Notes under the pieces: generated by a model
Seen by the model: only the letters and a program-made list of their open reading frames with translations
Databases searched by the model: none
Told to the model about the DNA's origin: nothing
Assembly: GCA_964588985.1 (NCBI GenBank)
Contig: CAZPQW010000010.1
Span: forward strand, 1 to 64,000
Origin: an uncultured Solirubrobacteraceae bacterium
Lineage (GTDB): Bacteria > Actinomycetota > Thermoleophilia > Solirubrobacterales > Solirubrobacteraceae
DNA length: 64,000 bases
Reading direction: 5' to 3'
Position numbers and translations under genes: made by a program
Shown here: piece after piece, positions 30,029-39,499 of the stretch
How positions within the stretch are numbered: the first letter of the stretch is position 1
Layout: each line of letters opens with the position of its first letter

Positions 30029-30295
30029 CGCCTCTCTTGTCCAGTCGACGCCATTGATTGTCCGACTCCGGGCATGCCGCCCATGTTGGGCTCTCGTGAA
30101 TGCCAGCGGACTGCGCCCGCCTGCCTTGCGCCGCCATCGGCGCAAGAGAGTGCCATGCCATCTGGGCACTCGGGCTCCCAGTTGCCGTGTCAAACCATTC
30201 CGCGCGGGACGCGGAGTCGCGTGAGGGACTTGCTCAGCGAAGGCTGAATGTCGCAGAGCGCCCACTCATCCCGCGCCGGCTAGAACCGTGATTTG

Positions 30296-30477
30296 GGGCC
30301 GCAAAAAGACCGCAGAAGGGCGGAAAACCGCAAAGGAAAGCCAACATGAACCTTACTCCCCGATTGCAACGCCGTTGGATGCTGTGGGGGGCTGGGGGCG
30401 ACAGCCGAGTGGTCAATCGCTGTTTCTGGGCGTTCCGCCCACGCACCGCCCACGGCGTGAGGTTTTGACCGCCCACG
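30296..30477 (+). repeat. Unit 2/3 junction: right arm, variant att core 3, left arm of a second type
   Basis: GGGCCGCA 30296, AGACCGCA 30307; core CCTTACTCCCCGAT 30351-64 (12/14); CCGCCCACG at 30435, 30446, 30469. Confidence 0.8.
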
Positions 30478-30667
30478 GCGGGTCGCTACGGGTTTCGCCG
30501 GGGTGATGGCGTGGCACCGCTCGACCATCTCCTGGCGATGGCCGGGTACTCAGATCAGCGCGAGACGGTGGCGATGGCTAGAGGCAATGAGCGCTCAAAG
30601 GTAGATCCAGGACGGCGTCAGATTCCATGAAGCTCTCTAGATCCGGAGCGTGGGATACGGTGGACTG

Positions 30668-31540
30668 ATGAGCACAGCAGCATCACTCGTCCCGACATAC
30701 CGCGACCTACTCTGGCCCACGCTGCGGGCGGTACGCGAGATCGGCGACTCCGGAACGATTGAAGAGATCGTTGAAAAGGTTGTCGAGCTCGAGGGGTTTA
30801 CCGAGGAGCAGCAGGCCGTACCACACGGCGACGGGCCTCAGACACAGATCGAGTATCGCCTCGCATGGGCGCGTACCTACCTCAAGGGCATGGGCGCGCT
30901 AAACAACAGCGAGCGCGGTGTCTGGAGCACGACTGAGCTGGGCCGGACGATGACGTCGGAGGATGTCGCGGCTCGGCACTCGGCGTACAAGGCTCAGTTG
31001 CGAGAGGCTAGGAGGGCCAAGCAGCTTGCGAGGGCAGAGCAAGAGGACGGTCTCGAAGAAGACGAGTCGGTGCCACGCGACTGGAAGGAGCGGCTGCTTG
31101 AGGTGTTGTTCGAGGTCCCGCCGGACAGCTTCGAGCGGCTGGCAAGGCGCTTGCTCCGTGAGGCCGGGTTCGTCTCGGCTACCGTCACCGGGAAGAGCGG
31201 CGACGGCGGGATCGACGGGATCGGGGTCTATCGCCTGTCGCTGGTGAGCTTTCCGGTCTTCTTCCAGTGCAAGCGCTATAAAGGCAGCGTAGGTGCCGGT
31301 GCGGTCCGAGATTTTCGCGGTGCGATGAGTGGCCGCGGCGATAAGGGGCTGTTGATCACGACCGGCAGCTTCACGGCCGACGCCAAGCAGGAGGCGACCC
31401 GCGATGGCGCTCCGCCTGTCGATCTCATCGATGGCGAGCGGCTATGCGATCTCTTGAAGGAACACAAGCTGGGAGTGCGCACCATCGTCCGCCAAGTCGA
31501 GGATGTCGAGGTTTCTCCGGAGTTCTTCTCCGACCTGTAG
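30668..31540 (+). CDS. mrr: Mrr-family type IV restriction endonuclease
   Basis: Mrr_N (RLAWARTYL, RGVW) and Mrr_cat (FERL, GDGGIDG, QCKRY, LIDG). Confidence 0.92.
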   Translation: MSTAASLVPTYRDLLWPTLRAVREIGDSGTIEEIVEKVVELEGFTEEQQAVPHGDGPQTQIEYRLAWARTYLKGMGALNNSERGVWSTTELGRTMTSEDVAARHSAYKAQLREARRAKQLARAEQEDGLEEDESVPRDWKERLLEVLFEVPPDSFERLARRLLREAGFVSATVTGKSGDGGIDGIGVYRLSLVSFPVFFQCKRYKGSVGAGAVRDFRGAMSGRGDKGLLITTGSFTADAKQEATRDGAPPVDLIDGERLCDLLKEHKLGVRTIVRQVEDVEVSPEFFSDL

Positions 31541-31577
31541 AGGATCGCCCGCTCACCTCCGCTAGCAAGCGAGGTCT

Positions 31578-32423
31578 TCAGCCTCCGGCTGGAAAGTACG
31601 AGGCGGGCTCCTCATCCGGCGCATTGCGCAGGCACCTCCCGAGACGCTGCATCAGTAGCTCGGCCGCGCTTTGCTGTTCGTATCCACGCAGGTCAGTGGC
31701 GAGGTCGTAGATGTCTTCGAGGAATTCTTGGTTTCCGAGCTTGTCGGCAAGGTTGGCGTGCAGCTGGCGGTAGCTGTAGAGGTCGGGCCCCATGTAGTGA
31801 GCAAGTGCGTCGACGAGGACTTGGTCCTCGAGTGCCAGCTCGGTCAGCGCGAGCCAGAGGTCGTATAGATCGCGGCCCTTGCGGCGAGCGTAGAGGGCAC
31901 GCAGCTTGGTGGCGAGGATCTCCTCGATCTGGAAGGTCCGCACGTCAGCGCTCCCGCTCCACCATTCTGATTTCACGTCGTGGGGCAGGAGGACGTGGGG
32001 TCGGTAGGGGAGCGTCTCACGAACGTTGATCTCGATCTTGATCGAGATCGGCGTGTTCTCGTCTCCCTCGGCGGTTGTGTGGAACCAGATGCAGGCCATG
32101 TCTGAGTCGCGGCTCGGAAACCTGCGTCTCCGCTCCTTCAGTCCGACGTTCGCGGCAATGCGTCGCAGGGCGGTCATGCACGCTCCGATCCTGGGCTCGT
32201 CGGAGGTGCGGGTGTAGTCGAGATCCTCCGAGTACCTCGCGGCGTGCGGCAGGTGCAGCTTGTGCAGACACGTCCCGCCGCGGAACGCGAGCTCCTCGGC
32301 AAGCAGTGTGTCGTTGGCGATCTCGACGATGAGTCGCGAGAGGATCAGGTCCTGCTCGACCTGGCTGTCGGCGGGCCATGGAGCCTGATCCGCCCATTTG
32401 GTGATGTATGGCTTGGGGATCAC
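31578..32423 (-). CDS. abiEii: AbiEii/AbiGii nucleotidyltransferase toxin (type IV TA)
   Basis: QVEQDL, FRGGT.L.K, RYSEDLD, K..A...R.KGRDLYD; GTGA overlap with antitoxin. Confidence 0.92.
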   Translation of the reverse strand: MIPKPYITKWADQAPWPADSQVEQDLILSRLIVEIANDTLLAEELAFRGGTCLHKLHLPHAARYSEDLDYTRTSDEPRIGACMTALRRIAANVGLKERRRRFPSRDSDMACIWFHTTAEGDENTPISIKIEINVRETLPYRPHVLLPHDVKSEWWSGSADVRTFQIEEILATKLRALYARRKGRDLYDLWLALTELALEDQVLVDALAHYMGPDLYSYRQLHANLADKLGNQEFLEDIYDLATDLRGYEQQSAAELLMQRLGRCLRNAPDEEPASYFPAGG

Positions 32424-33196
32424 AGGTCGGGTTCGACCTCGAGATTGATCCGCAGGCCCCAGGTGAGGTCCAGCGGGCCGGGTGCCGGGCCGCTGGCGCT
32501 CAGCGAGGTTGGTTTGCCCTGCTGCGGCTGGGCGACGGCGCGCAGTCGCTCGAGGTTGACGTCGGGCCGGTGGTGTTCGAGCATCCAGCCGAGCCTTCGC
32601 GCGACCGCTTTTCCGCGAGGCGTGGCGATGCGCGCCAGGGCTCTGCCGTCGAGTTTGCCGAGCTCGATCAGGACGGTCGCGACGTTGTTCAGTCCGCCGC
32701 TCTTGAGTGGGTTCTGGATGAGGTCCACGGCGGTCGTCTCGCGGGTGGCGAGCTGCAGGTACCCGGAAGGGCCGTTGCGGCGTTCGGTCTCGGCGTCGGG
32801 GAGATAATGGCTGGTGTAGAACCGCAGACGGTTGCGCCCGAGGGTCCGGTCGGGGATGTCCTTGTCGGTGATCACCTGGAATACCTGGGGCGCTTGGTGT
32901 GCGGCGCCGTGCATGGATGCGGCTGTGAGCAGCGCGATGTAGTAGCGGCGGCCCAGGTGCTTCATCATGTCGTCGATGAACCAGTCCGCGGGCGGGGCAC
33001 CCCACGAGCGGTATTGCGCTGGTACCACGGCGTAGAGCCCGCGGGCGGGGGAGATGATGGATCCGTTCTGGCGCAGCCGGTGTAGTCCGGCGTGCAGCGA
33101 GGCGCGGTCCAGGCCGGTGAGCTCGAGGAGTTCCTCGGTACTCGCCGCGTGGCGACCCTGGGCGATCAGCGCGTCGGGCAGCTCGTGGAGCTTCAT
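32420..33196 (-). CDS. abiEi: AbiEi antitoxin (type IV TA)
   Basis: wHTH with RGLY, YY..LLTAA.MHG..HQ.PQ, ET.VDL; upstream of AbiEii. Confidence 0.88.
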   Translation of the reverse strand: MKLHELPDALIAQGRHAASTEELLELTGLDRASLHAGLHRLRQNGSIISPARGLYAVVPAQYRSWGAPPADWFIDDMMKHLGRRYYIALLTAASMHGAAHQAPQVFQVITDKDIPDRTLGRNRLRFYTSHYLPDAETERRNGPSGYLQLATRETTAVDLIQNPLKSGGLNNVATVLIELGKLDGRALARIATPRGKAVARRLGWMLEHHRPDVNLERLRAVAQPQQGKPTSLSASGPAPGPLDLTWGLRINLEVEPDL

Positions 33197-33365
33197 GACC
33201 TCAGACTAGGGCAAAATGACGTTTTTCATAAGTTTGCCCCAGCGACAGCACTTATCCACGTTGCCCCTTCGGCGGCCTCCAACTCGATGCCCACGCGCGA
33301 ACAGGCCCGCCACGCCCCGACCGAGGTTGACCTTGCGCGCCGGCTCCGGATAGCCGCGACTTGCT

Positions 33366-33530
33366 ATGCCCTCTGACTTCACCCAACTGATCGCAGGCAT
33401 CGAACGGGAGGCCCACGACGAGGGCCCGCCAGCCGTGCGTGAGCTGGAGCAGCTCCGCGCGGAGTTCAAGGGCGTCGGCCAGCCAGCGGAGGGGAGATCG
33501 GCAGGCGACGTTGAGGAGCCTCGAAGCTGA
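33366..33530 (+). pseudogene. Probable truncated XRE-type antitoxin N-terminus
   Basis: MPSDFTQLIAGIEREAHDEGPPAVRELEQLRAEF, then loses plausibility; no HTH follows. Confidence 0.35.
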
Positions 33531-33623
33531 TCGTCGCACGTGCTCGCGAGAGAGGCGTCGTTCGTGATTGCTCGGCTACTTCGACGCGGTGGTCGGAGAG
33601 CGATTCGCTATCGACTAGCGAAT

Positions 33624-33680
33624 CCGCCCACGCCCGCAAAATAACCCGCAAGCGCGGGCCGCTGCACCTGTCTCCCCGAT
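33624..33680 (+). repeat. Unit 3/4 junction: CCGCCCACG box and att core 4
   Basis: Box 33624-32; core CCTGTCTCCCCGAT 33667-80 identical to tRNA end. Confidence 0.85.
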
Positions 33681-33769
33681 ATTTGCGCATCCCTCCAGAA
33701 AGCTAGACCCTCTGGAGGCACTGGTAGCCTGCTGCCGTTCGCAGTAGTTCGACCGAGCAAGGGATCCAA

Positions 33770-34369
33770 TTGCGCGTCTGTGTCGTCAGCATCGTAACGC
33801 TCGCCGTCGCGTCCGGGCTCGGTGTGCCCGGCGTAGCAAGCGCGACGATCCACAGCGGCCGCATCGTATTCCCAGAACCGCACAACCCTCCGAGCATCGG
33901 CGTACCGCCTCCTCCTGAGGTTCAGACGAAAGAGTCTACGCGCGAAGTCATCGTTCGATACAACGCGAGCGTAGGCACTGTCACCCTTCGTGCGGAAGTC
34001 TTCGATCCAGCTCTTTGGGGCGAACAGATTGGCGAAAGCTTCAGACTGGGCCCGAAATGCCTCAGCTACGATGAAAGTCTGTTCCATCCTCCCGAATTCA
34101 GCGCGAACATGAGCGCGAGACCGAAACGCACGGGGCTATTCGGTGAAGAAGTCGGTGGCGTCACGGGCGAAGCGACGCTTCGCGGCTACACGGGCCATGT
34201 CAGCAGCACCGGCATGTTCAACGGCCGCTACTTCGACATCACGTTCACGAGCAGCGCGTTTCGCAACCGGAACTGGCGCTGCGCCATGCTCACATCGTTC
34301 GGATCCTCTTTTCCGCGTGTTCCCCTCGATGGCTGGCGCAAGGCGAACCGGCCGCGCAAGCCTCGGTAG
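33770..34369 (+). CDS. Putative secreted hypothetical protein
   Basis: Signal-peptide-like N-terminus ending ASA. Confidence 0.55.
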   Translation: MRVCVVSIVTLAVASGLGVPGVASATIHSGRIVFPEPHNPPSIGVPPPPEVQTKESTREVIVRYNASVGTVTLRAEVFDPALWGEQIGESFRLGPKCLSYDESLFHPPEFSANMSARPKRTGLFGEEVGGVTGEATLRGYTGHVSSTGMFNGRYFDITFTSSAFRNRNWRCAMLTSFGSSFPRVPLDGWRKANRPRKPR

Positions 34370-34597
34370 AGCAGCCGGCGCGCGGCGACCGGACGGGACC
34401 TGGGACGCCCCGTGGTATGCGGCGGCGGATAGCAGGGCGACGTAACGGTCTTGGTGCAGGTTCATCGCCAGCGACCGCGCCCGCGTGTCTCACCCACAGC
34501 CACCGACTCCGGAGTCCTTATCGAGTCTGCTGTCCCGCTGTAGCGCGCCTCGTCGGAGTGGAAGAGCAAGGCAGGTCCCTCAGAAAGGCGTGGTTTC

Positions 34598-36220
34598 ATG
34601 GACGTCGCGTTTCCCGAACACCAGCAGGGTCCCTGGTCGGCTATCGGTGTGGCTCTTCAGTGGCTCGTCCATACAGTGCTCCACGTCGGGCTCGGCGTGG
34701 CGATTGGATTGTTCGCGGCGCGGTTCATGCGCCGCCATCACCTGCACTGGACGTGGGCGCCGGCGGTGCTCGCCTTGGTGGTGTATGCGCATGTCGGGGT
34801 CGGAGGTTCTACCTTCACGCTGATTCTCGCGTCCATCGTTGCCACGGTTCGCTCTCGACGTTGGCACCGCGAAGACATCGAGTCCGGCGCGGATCTCATG
34901 GAGATCGCGGCTCAACGGCACGGACCGATGGAGTTCCTGCGCACGATCGCAACGGGGGTCGATGAGCGGCGCGGCGCTCGGGCTGGTGCTGACGGGCCGG
35001 ACACTCAGCGGCTGGCGCTCGGTCGTGACGAGAGCGGCCGGACGGTGGCGATCCCGTTCGGCGAGCAGGCGGGCGCGCGTCACACACTCGTGGTGGGAGC
35101 CACCGGCTCGGGCAAGACGGTCACCCAGACGCTGATGGCGGTCGATGCGATCGAGCGCGGTATGGGCGTGGTCGTCGTCGACCCGAAGGGCGACGATGGA
35201 ATGCGCTCGGAGCTTCGGTGCGCAGCGCAGACTGCGGGGCGCAGGTTCCTGGAGTGGACGCCTGCGGGAGCGTGCGTGTTCAACCCGTATGCGTGCGGCG
35301 GTGAGACGGAGATCGCGGACAAGATGCTGGCGGGCGAGCGTTTCACCGAGCCTCACTACCTGCGTCAGGCCCAGCGTTACCTCGGTCATGTCGTGCGTGC
35401 GCTGCGCGCGGCGGAGGTCGAGGTGAGCCTCGCGGTGATCGTCGCGTACCTCGACCCCGATCGCCTGGAGGTTCTCGTCCGTAGCCTGCCCAAAGCTCAG
35501 GCGCAGGCGACTCGGGCGTATCTCGACTCGCTGAGCCCGCATCAGCGCCGCGATCTCGCGGGTGTCCGAGATCGGCTGGCGATCCTGACGGAGTCCGACG
35601 TCGGGCCGTGGCTGGATCCGCGGACCCCCGATGTCGAGCAATTCGACCTGCAGGCCGCGGTGCGCGAACGCGCGATCGTGTACTTCAACCTCGAAGCGGA
35701 CAGTCGGCCGTTGCTGGCGCAGATGCTCGGTGCTGCGATCGTTCAGGATCTGCAGAGCACCGTCGCTGCGCTGCAGGAGAATCCGATCGCGACGCTCGTG
35801 GTGATCGATGAGTTCTCGGCGCTGGCCGCTGAGCGCGTGGTTGGTCTGTTCGCGCGGGCTCGCTCGGCCGGGATGAGCCTGCTGCTTGCGACACAGGAGC
35901 TCTCAGATCTGCGCCTGCCTGGACGCGAGATGCTGCTCGAGCAGGTGATGGGGAATCTGTCGGTGGTGATCGCCCATCGTCAGGTGGTCCCCGAGTCGGC
36001 TGCGCTGATCTCCAGCATCTCTGGAAGACACGGGGTGTGGAAGGTCTCTCGCCGGAGCGACGGCGCCACCACGCGCACACGCATCCGGGAGGCTGTGCTC
36101 AACCCCGACAGGATCGCCGGTCTTGGGCAGGGGTGGGCGGCCGTCGTCCTGCTCGGCGGCGCCGCGAGTGTGCGAATCACGCGTGTCACCATGCCCGCTC
36201 AGCGACCCTTGAGCGCGTAA
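34598..36220 (+). CDS. Type IV coupling protein (TraD/VirD4/TrwB-like)
   Basis: N-terminal TMs; HTLVVGATGSGKT, VDPKGD, FNP, VIDEF, LATQ. Confidence 0.88.
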   Translation: MDVAFPEHQQGPWSAIGVALQWLVHTVLHVGLGVAIGLFAARFMRRHHLHWTWAPAVLALVVYAHVGVGGSTFTLILASIVATVRSRRWHREDIESGADLMEIAAQRHGPMEFLRTIATGVDERRGARAGADGPDTQRLALGRDESGRTVAIPFGEQAGARHTLVVGATGSGKTVTQTLMAVDAIERGMGVVVVDPKGDDGMRSELRCAAQTAGRRFLEWTPAGACVFNPYACGGETEIADKMLAGERFTEPHYLRQAQRYLGHVVRALRAAEVEVSLAVIVAYLDPDRLEVLVRSLPKAQAQATRAYLDSLSPHQRRDLAGVRDRLAILTESDVGPWLDPRTPDVEQFDLQAAVRERAIVYFNLEADSRPLLAQMLGAAIVQDLQSTVAALQENPIATLVVIDEFSALAAERVVGLFARARSAGMSLLLATQELSDLRLPGREMLLEQVMGNLSVVIAHRQVVPESAALISSISGRHGVWKVSRRSDGATTRTRIREAVLNPDRIAGLGQGWAAVVLLGGAASVRITRVTMPAQRPLSA

Positions 36221-36233
36221 GGGCTTTCGCGCA

Positions 36234-36959
36234 ATGGCTTACAGAAAGGAGTTCCTGCTCGCCCGTGCGGAGATGGTTGAGTGGGTGGCGCGTATCGGCG
36301 CTGTCACCGCGGACGCGTTCGCCGAGCGTGAACGTTGCAAATTGCAGGCAGCGCGCGGACGCTTGCAGGCAGCTGCGAAAGCTGGGCTGTTGTCGAGCTC
36401 GCGTCCTCTGCAGGGTCGTCCGGCGATCTATACCGCGACCGCCGCTGGGCTGCGCGCGGCAGATCTGGAGCGTTTGGAGCCTGGTCGTGTGAGCGCCGCG
36501 AACGCCGCGCACGCGATCGCCTGTGCGGAGGTCGCGGTGATGCTCGAACTCGCATACCCCGACTACCGCGTGACGGGCGAGCGCTGGCTGCGAGGCGAAG
36601 AAACCGATGGCACGCCGCTTGCGAGCGCGATCCTCGGCCGGCGAGCAGACGGATCGCCGCTGCTGCACAGGCCCGACCTGGTGCTCTGGCCGATGTCGCA
36701 GGAGAGCGTCGCGGAAGGGTATTTGCCTATCGCGGTCGAGGTCGAGCTGACCGTCAAGGCGCCGGGCAGGCTGCTGGAGATCTGTCGCGCGTGGGCACGC
36801 TGCGACTGCGTCGAGGCCGCGGTCTACTTCGCCGCACCCGAGGTACTCCGGCCGCTTCGACGGGCAATCACGAAGGCACACGCCGACGAGCGGATCGTGG
36901 TGCTCGAGCTGAAGACGGACTCCCGCAGTCCTGGGTCAAGCTCCAGAGGACTCCGATAA
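36234..36959 (+). CDS. Replication-relaxation-like relaxase (wHTH plus PD-(D/E)xK)
   Basis: IYTAT..G, AHAIAC, RPDLV, AVEVELT; next to the coupling protein. Confidence 0.65.
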   Translation: MAYRKEFLLARAEMVEWVARIGAVTADAFAERERCKLQAARGRLQAAAKAGLLSSSRPLQGRPAIYTATAAGLRAADLERLEPGRVSAANAAHAIACAEVAVMLELAYPDYRVTGERWLRGEETDGTPLASAILGRRADGSPLLHRPDLVLWPMSQESVAEGYLPIAVEVELTVKAPGRLLEICRAWARCDCVEAAVYFAAPEVLRPLRRAITKAHADERIVVLELKTDSRSPGSSSRGLR

Positions 36960-36970
36960 CGGACCGTGAA

Positions 36971-38158
36971 ATGGATCAACGTCTCAATCCCTACACGCCG
37001 GGATCGGGCGTAAAACCGCTCAAACTCGCCGGACGGGACCCGGATCTCGAGGCCTTCCGCGTGCTCCTCGAGCGCCTGGCCGACGGTCGGCCGGAGCGAA
37101 GCCTGATCTATTCTGGCCTTCGCGGCGTGGGGAAGACCGTGCTGCTGCTCGAGTTCGAGACCCTCGCACGCGAGAGCGGCTGGGTTTGCAACGACGTCGA
37201 GGAGGTGGGCTCCGGGGACTTCCGCCAGGCCTTCGCAGAGCTTGCGTATCAGCTGCTGCTGTCGATGAGCCGGCGCGAGCGGATGCAGAAGCACGCGAGC
37301 AAGGCGTTTGGCGTGCTGAAGGCGTTCTCGATCGGGATTCCGGGTGGCTTCAGTGCGAGGATCGACGTCGAGGCTGCCATCGGTACGGCTGACAGCGGTG
37401 ATCCCGAGCGCGATCTGGCTGCCCTGCTGGTCGAGGTCGGCCAGGTGGCCCAGAGTGGTGGCACGGGGGCGGTGTTCTTCCTCGACGAGATGCAGGGGCT
37501 CAGCGAGATGGCGCTCGCGGCGGTGTGCATGGCTATGAACCGAGTTGGTCAGCGGGGTTTGCCCGTGGCCCTGGTCGGAGCGGGCTTGCCGCCGCTGCCG
37601 CGGCTCCTTCGGACCGCCAGGCCCTACGCGGAGCGCATGTTCGCTTACCATGAACTCGATCGCCTGACGGACGCCGAGGCGCGAACCGCGCTCGTCGCGC
37701 CGGCGGGACAGCACGACGTTACGTATGAGCCGGAGGCCGTCGAGCTCATCGTCGAGGCGTCCGCGGCGTATCCGCACTTCATCCAGGAGTATGGGCGGGT
37801 GCTGTGGAACGAGGTCGAGCGCTCGCCGATCAGCGCCGGCGATGTCGACGGCGCGCGTGCGCTCATCGACGAGGCGCTCGATCGCCGCTTCTTCAAGGAC
37901 CGCTTCGAGATGGCCTCCGACGCGGAGCAGCGATACCTCGCAGCGATGGCCGATGGAGGGGGTGGGCCGATCAGGACGGCCGAAGTCGCGGCGCGGGCCG
38001 GCTACAACAACAGCGCCAGCGCTTCCGTCGTGCGCGACGCGTTGCTGCGCAAGGACCTCGTGTACAGCCCGCGGCGAGGACTGATCGACTTCACGGTCCC
38101 GCTGTTTGGCGGGTATCTACGGAGGCAGCATTCACTCTCCAGCTTCGACGAGGAGTAG
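36971..38158 (+). CDS. AAA ATPase with C-terminal winged helix
   Basis: NPYTPGSG, GLRGVGKT Walker A, FLDEMQ Walker B, YPHFIQ. Confidence 0.88.
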   Translation: MDQRLNPYTPGSGVKPLKLAGRDPDLEAFRVLLERLADGRPERSLIYSGLRGVGKTVLLLEFETLARESGWVCNDVEEVGSGDFRQAFAELAYQLLLSMSRRERMQKHASKAFGVLKAFSIGIPGGFSARIDVEAAIGTADSGDPERDLAALLVEVGQVAQSGGTGAVFFLDEMQGLSEMALAAVCMAMNRVGQRGLPVALVGAGLPPLPRLLRTARPYAERMFAYHELDRLTDAEARTALVAPAGQHDVTYEPEAVELIVEASAAYPHFIQEYGRVLWNEVERSPISAGDVDGARALIDEALDRRFFKDRFEMASDAEQRYLAAMADGGGGPIRTAEVAARAGYNNSASASVVRDALLRKDLVYSPRRGLIDFTVPLFGGYLRRQHSLSSFDEE

Positions 38159-38399
38159 GCGCTCGGCGCTCTATAAGGGTCTATCTGCGAACGGAGATAG
38201 ATTCGCGAGAGTTGGCCACCGATCCGCTCGATGGCCTCCTTGCGGAGTCGCCGGAACCCGATGGTTCGCTCGCGGTCGCCGTCCCGCCTTTGAGATCGTA
38301 CGGCTCTCCAAGATCCCGACAGGGATATGAGGTGTTCTCCATCTTCTAAGGGTTTGACCTCGACCTCCGATAACTCGTTGAGAGATGAGTCCAGGAGAG

Positions 38400-38894
38400 A
38401 TGAGCAAACGGCCCCCATCGAGCCACCGTTTCGCCGCGCGATTTTCGGCGGCGTTGCTGGCGGCCGTCTCATTGGCCGGTTGCGGTGGCGGTGGATCGGC
38501 GCCCAAGCCACTCAGCATGGCTCAGTTCGTATCGCGCGCTAATGCCATCTGCTCGAAGGGCAACAAGCGCATCAACGCGCTGCATGAGCCGACAGACGTG
38601 CCCGGGATCGCGACCTACATGGCGGCGGCGCTCCCGATCGCGGAGGAAGTGCAGACGAAACTCGGTGCTCTCGTTCCACCAACCGGGGATCAGAAGCAAT
38701 ACACCCGCGTCCTCGGCCTCCTCGCACAAGCCATCTCCAAGGTATCCGAAGTTCGCAGCGCCGCCGAAGCAGGCGAAGAACAGCGCGTGCGGCGCCTCAG
38801 CAACGACCTTGCGGCTCTGCAGCAACGCGAAGACGGCGCCAATGAAGAACTCGGGTTGAAGCAGTGCGTGGGCAACGGGGAAACGGAAGGCTGA
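38400..38894 (+). CDS. Putative lipoprotein
   Basis: LAGC lipobox; ANAIC...C pair. Confidence 0.75.
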   Translation: MSKRPPSSHRFAARFSAALLAAVSLAGCGGGGSAPKPLSMAQFVSRANAICSKGNKRINALHEPTDVPGIATYMAAALPIAEEVQTKLGALVPPTGDQKQYTRVLGLLAQAISKVSEVRSAAEAGEEQRVRRLSNDLAALQQREDGANEELGLKQCVGNGETEG

Positions 38895-38896
38895 CG

Positions 38897-39499
38897 ATGG
38901 AGGGCGGCATTGACGACACGCGCGGCATGGCGGGAGGCTGGTCTTGCAACGCTTGCGGCGGACGCATCGAGACTGGCGCGCAGTTCTGCAGCGCCTGCGG
39001 ACAGAGCGTTCGGTCCACCGGCACCGACGCATCCTCAGCCTCGGCGAGCATCTCCAAGACGGCGGAAGCAGCGCAGCAACGACTCGTCGCAGCTCCCGAG
39101 CGTGTCGTATTTCACTGGATTCTCGGGAGCTCGCTGGCGCTTGGGCTCGGCTCGGTCGGCCCATGGGCAACCGCCACCGTGCTCGGCATCACCGTCTCGG
39201 CGAGCGGACTCCGCGGCGGCGGATGGGTGACGCTGGCAGTATCGGGCGCGACGATCCTCCTTCTGCTCAATCCGGTCTGGCTCGAGCGTGCCGCCTGGCT
39301 GCGTGAGCGCCGGCTGGGCGTGATGGTTGGGCTGGCAATCCTTGCGGTGCTCATCTGCCTGCTCAACCTCGTCGGCGCCGAGCATTCGGGGCTCGAAGGG
39401 ATCGTACATCCGGGCTGGGGCCTTTACCTATCGATGGTTGCGTCGATAGCCCTCACCGTGTGGGTGCGGGTCGCACGCGCGCAACGCCGAGGTGCATGA
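38897..39499 (+). CDS. Zinc-ribbon membrane protein
   Basis: CNACG...FCSACG followed by four TMs. Confidence 0.75.
   Translation: MEGGIDDTRGMAGGWSCNACGGRIETGAQFCSACGQSVRSTGTDASSASASISKTAEAAQQRLVAAPERVVFHWILGSSLALGLGSVGPWATATVLGITVSASGLRGGGWVTLAVSGATILLLLNPVWLERAAWLRERRLGVMVGLAILAVLICLLNLVGAEHSGLEGIVHPGWGLYLSMVASIALTVWVRVARAQRRGA

Noticed and set aside
30025-30290. RES toxin downstream of the Xre/MbcA antitoxin
   Set aside because: The ATGA-overlapping frame stops after 10 codons, and other frames show no RES motifs.
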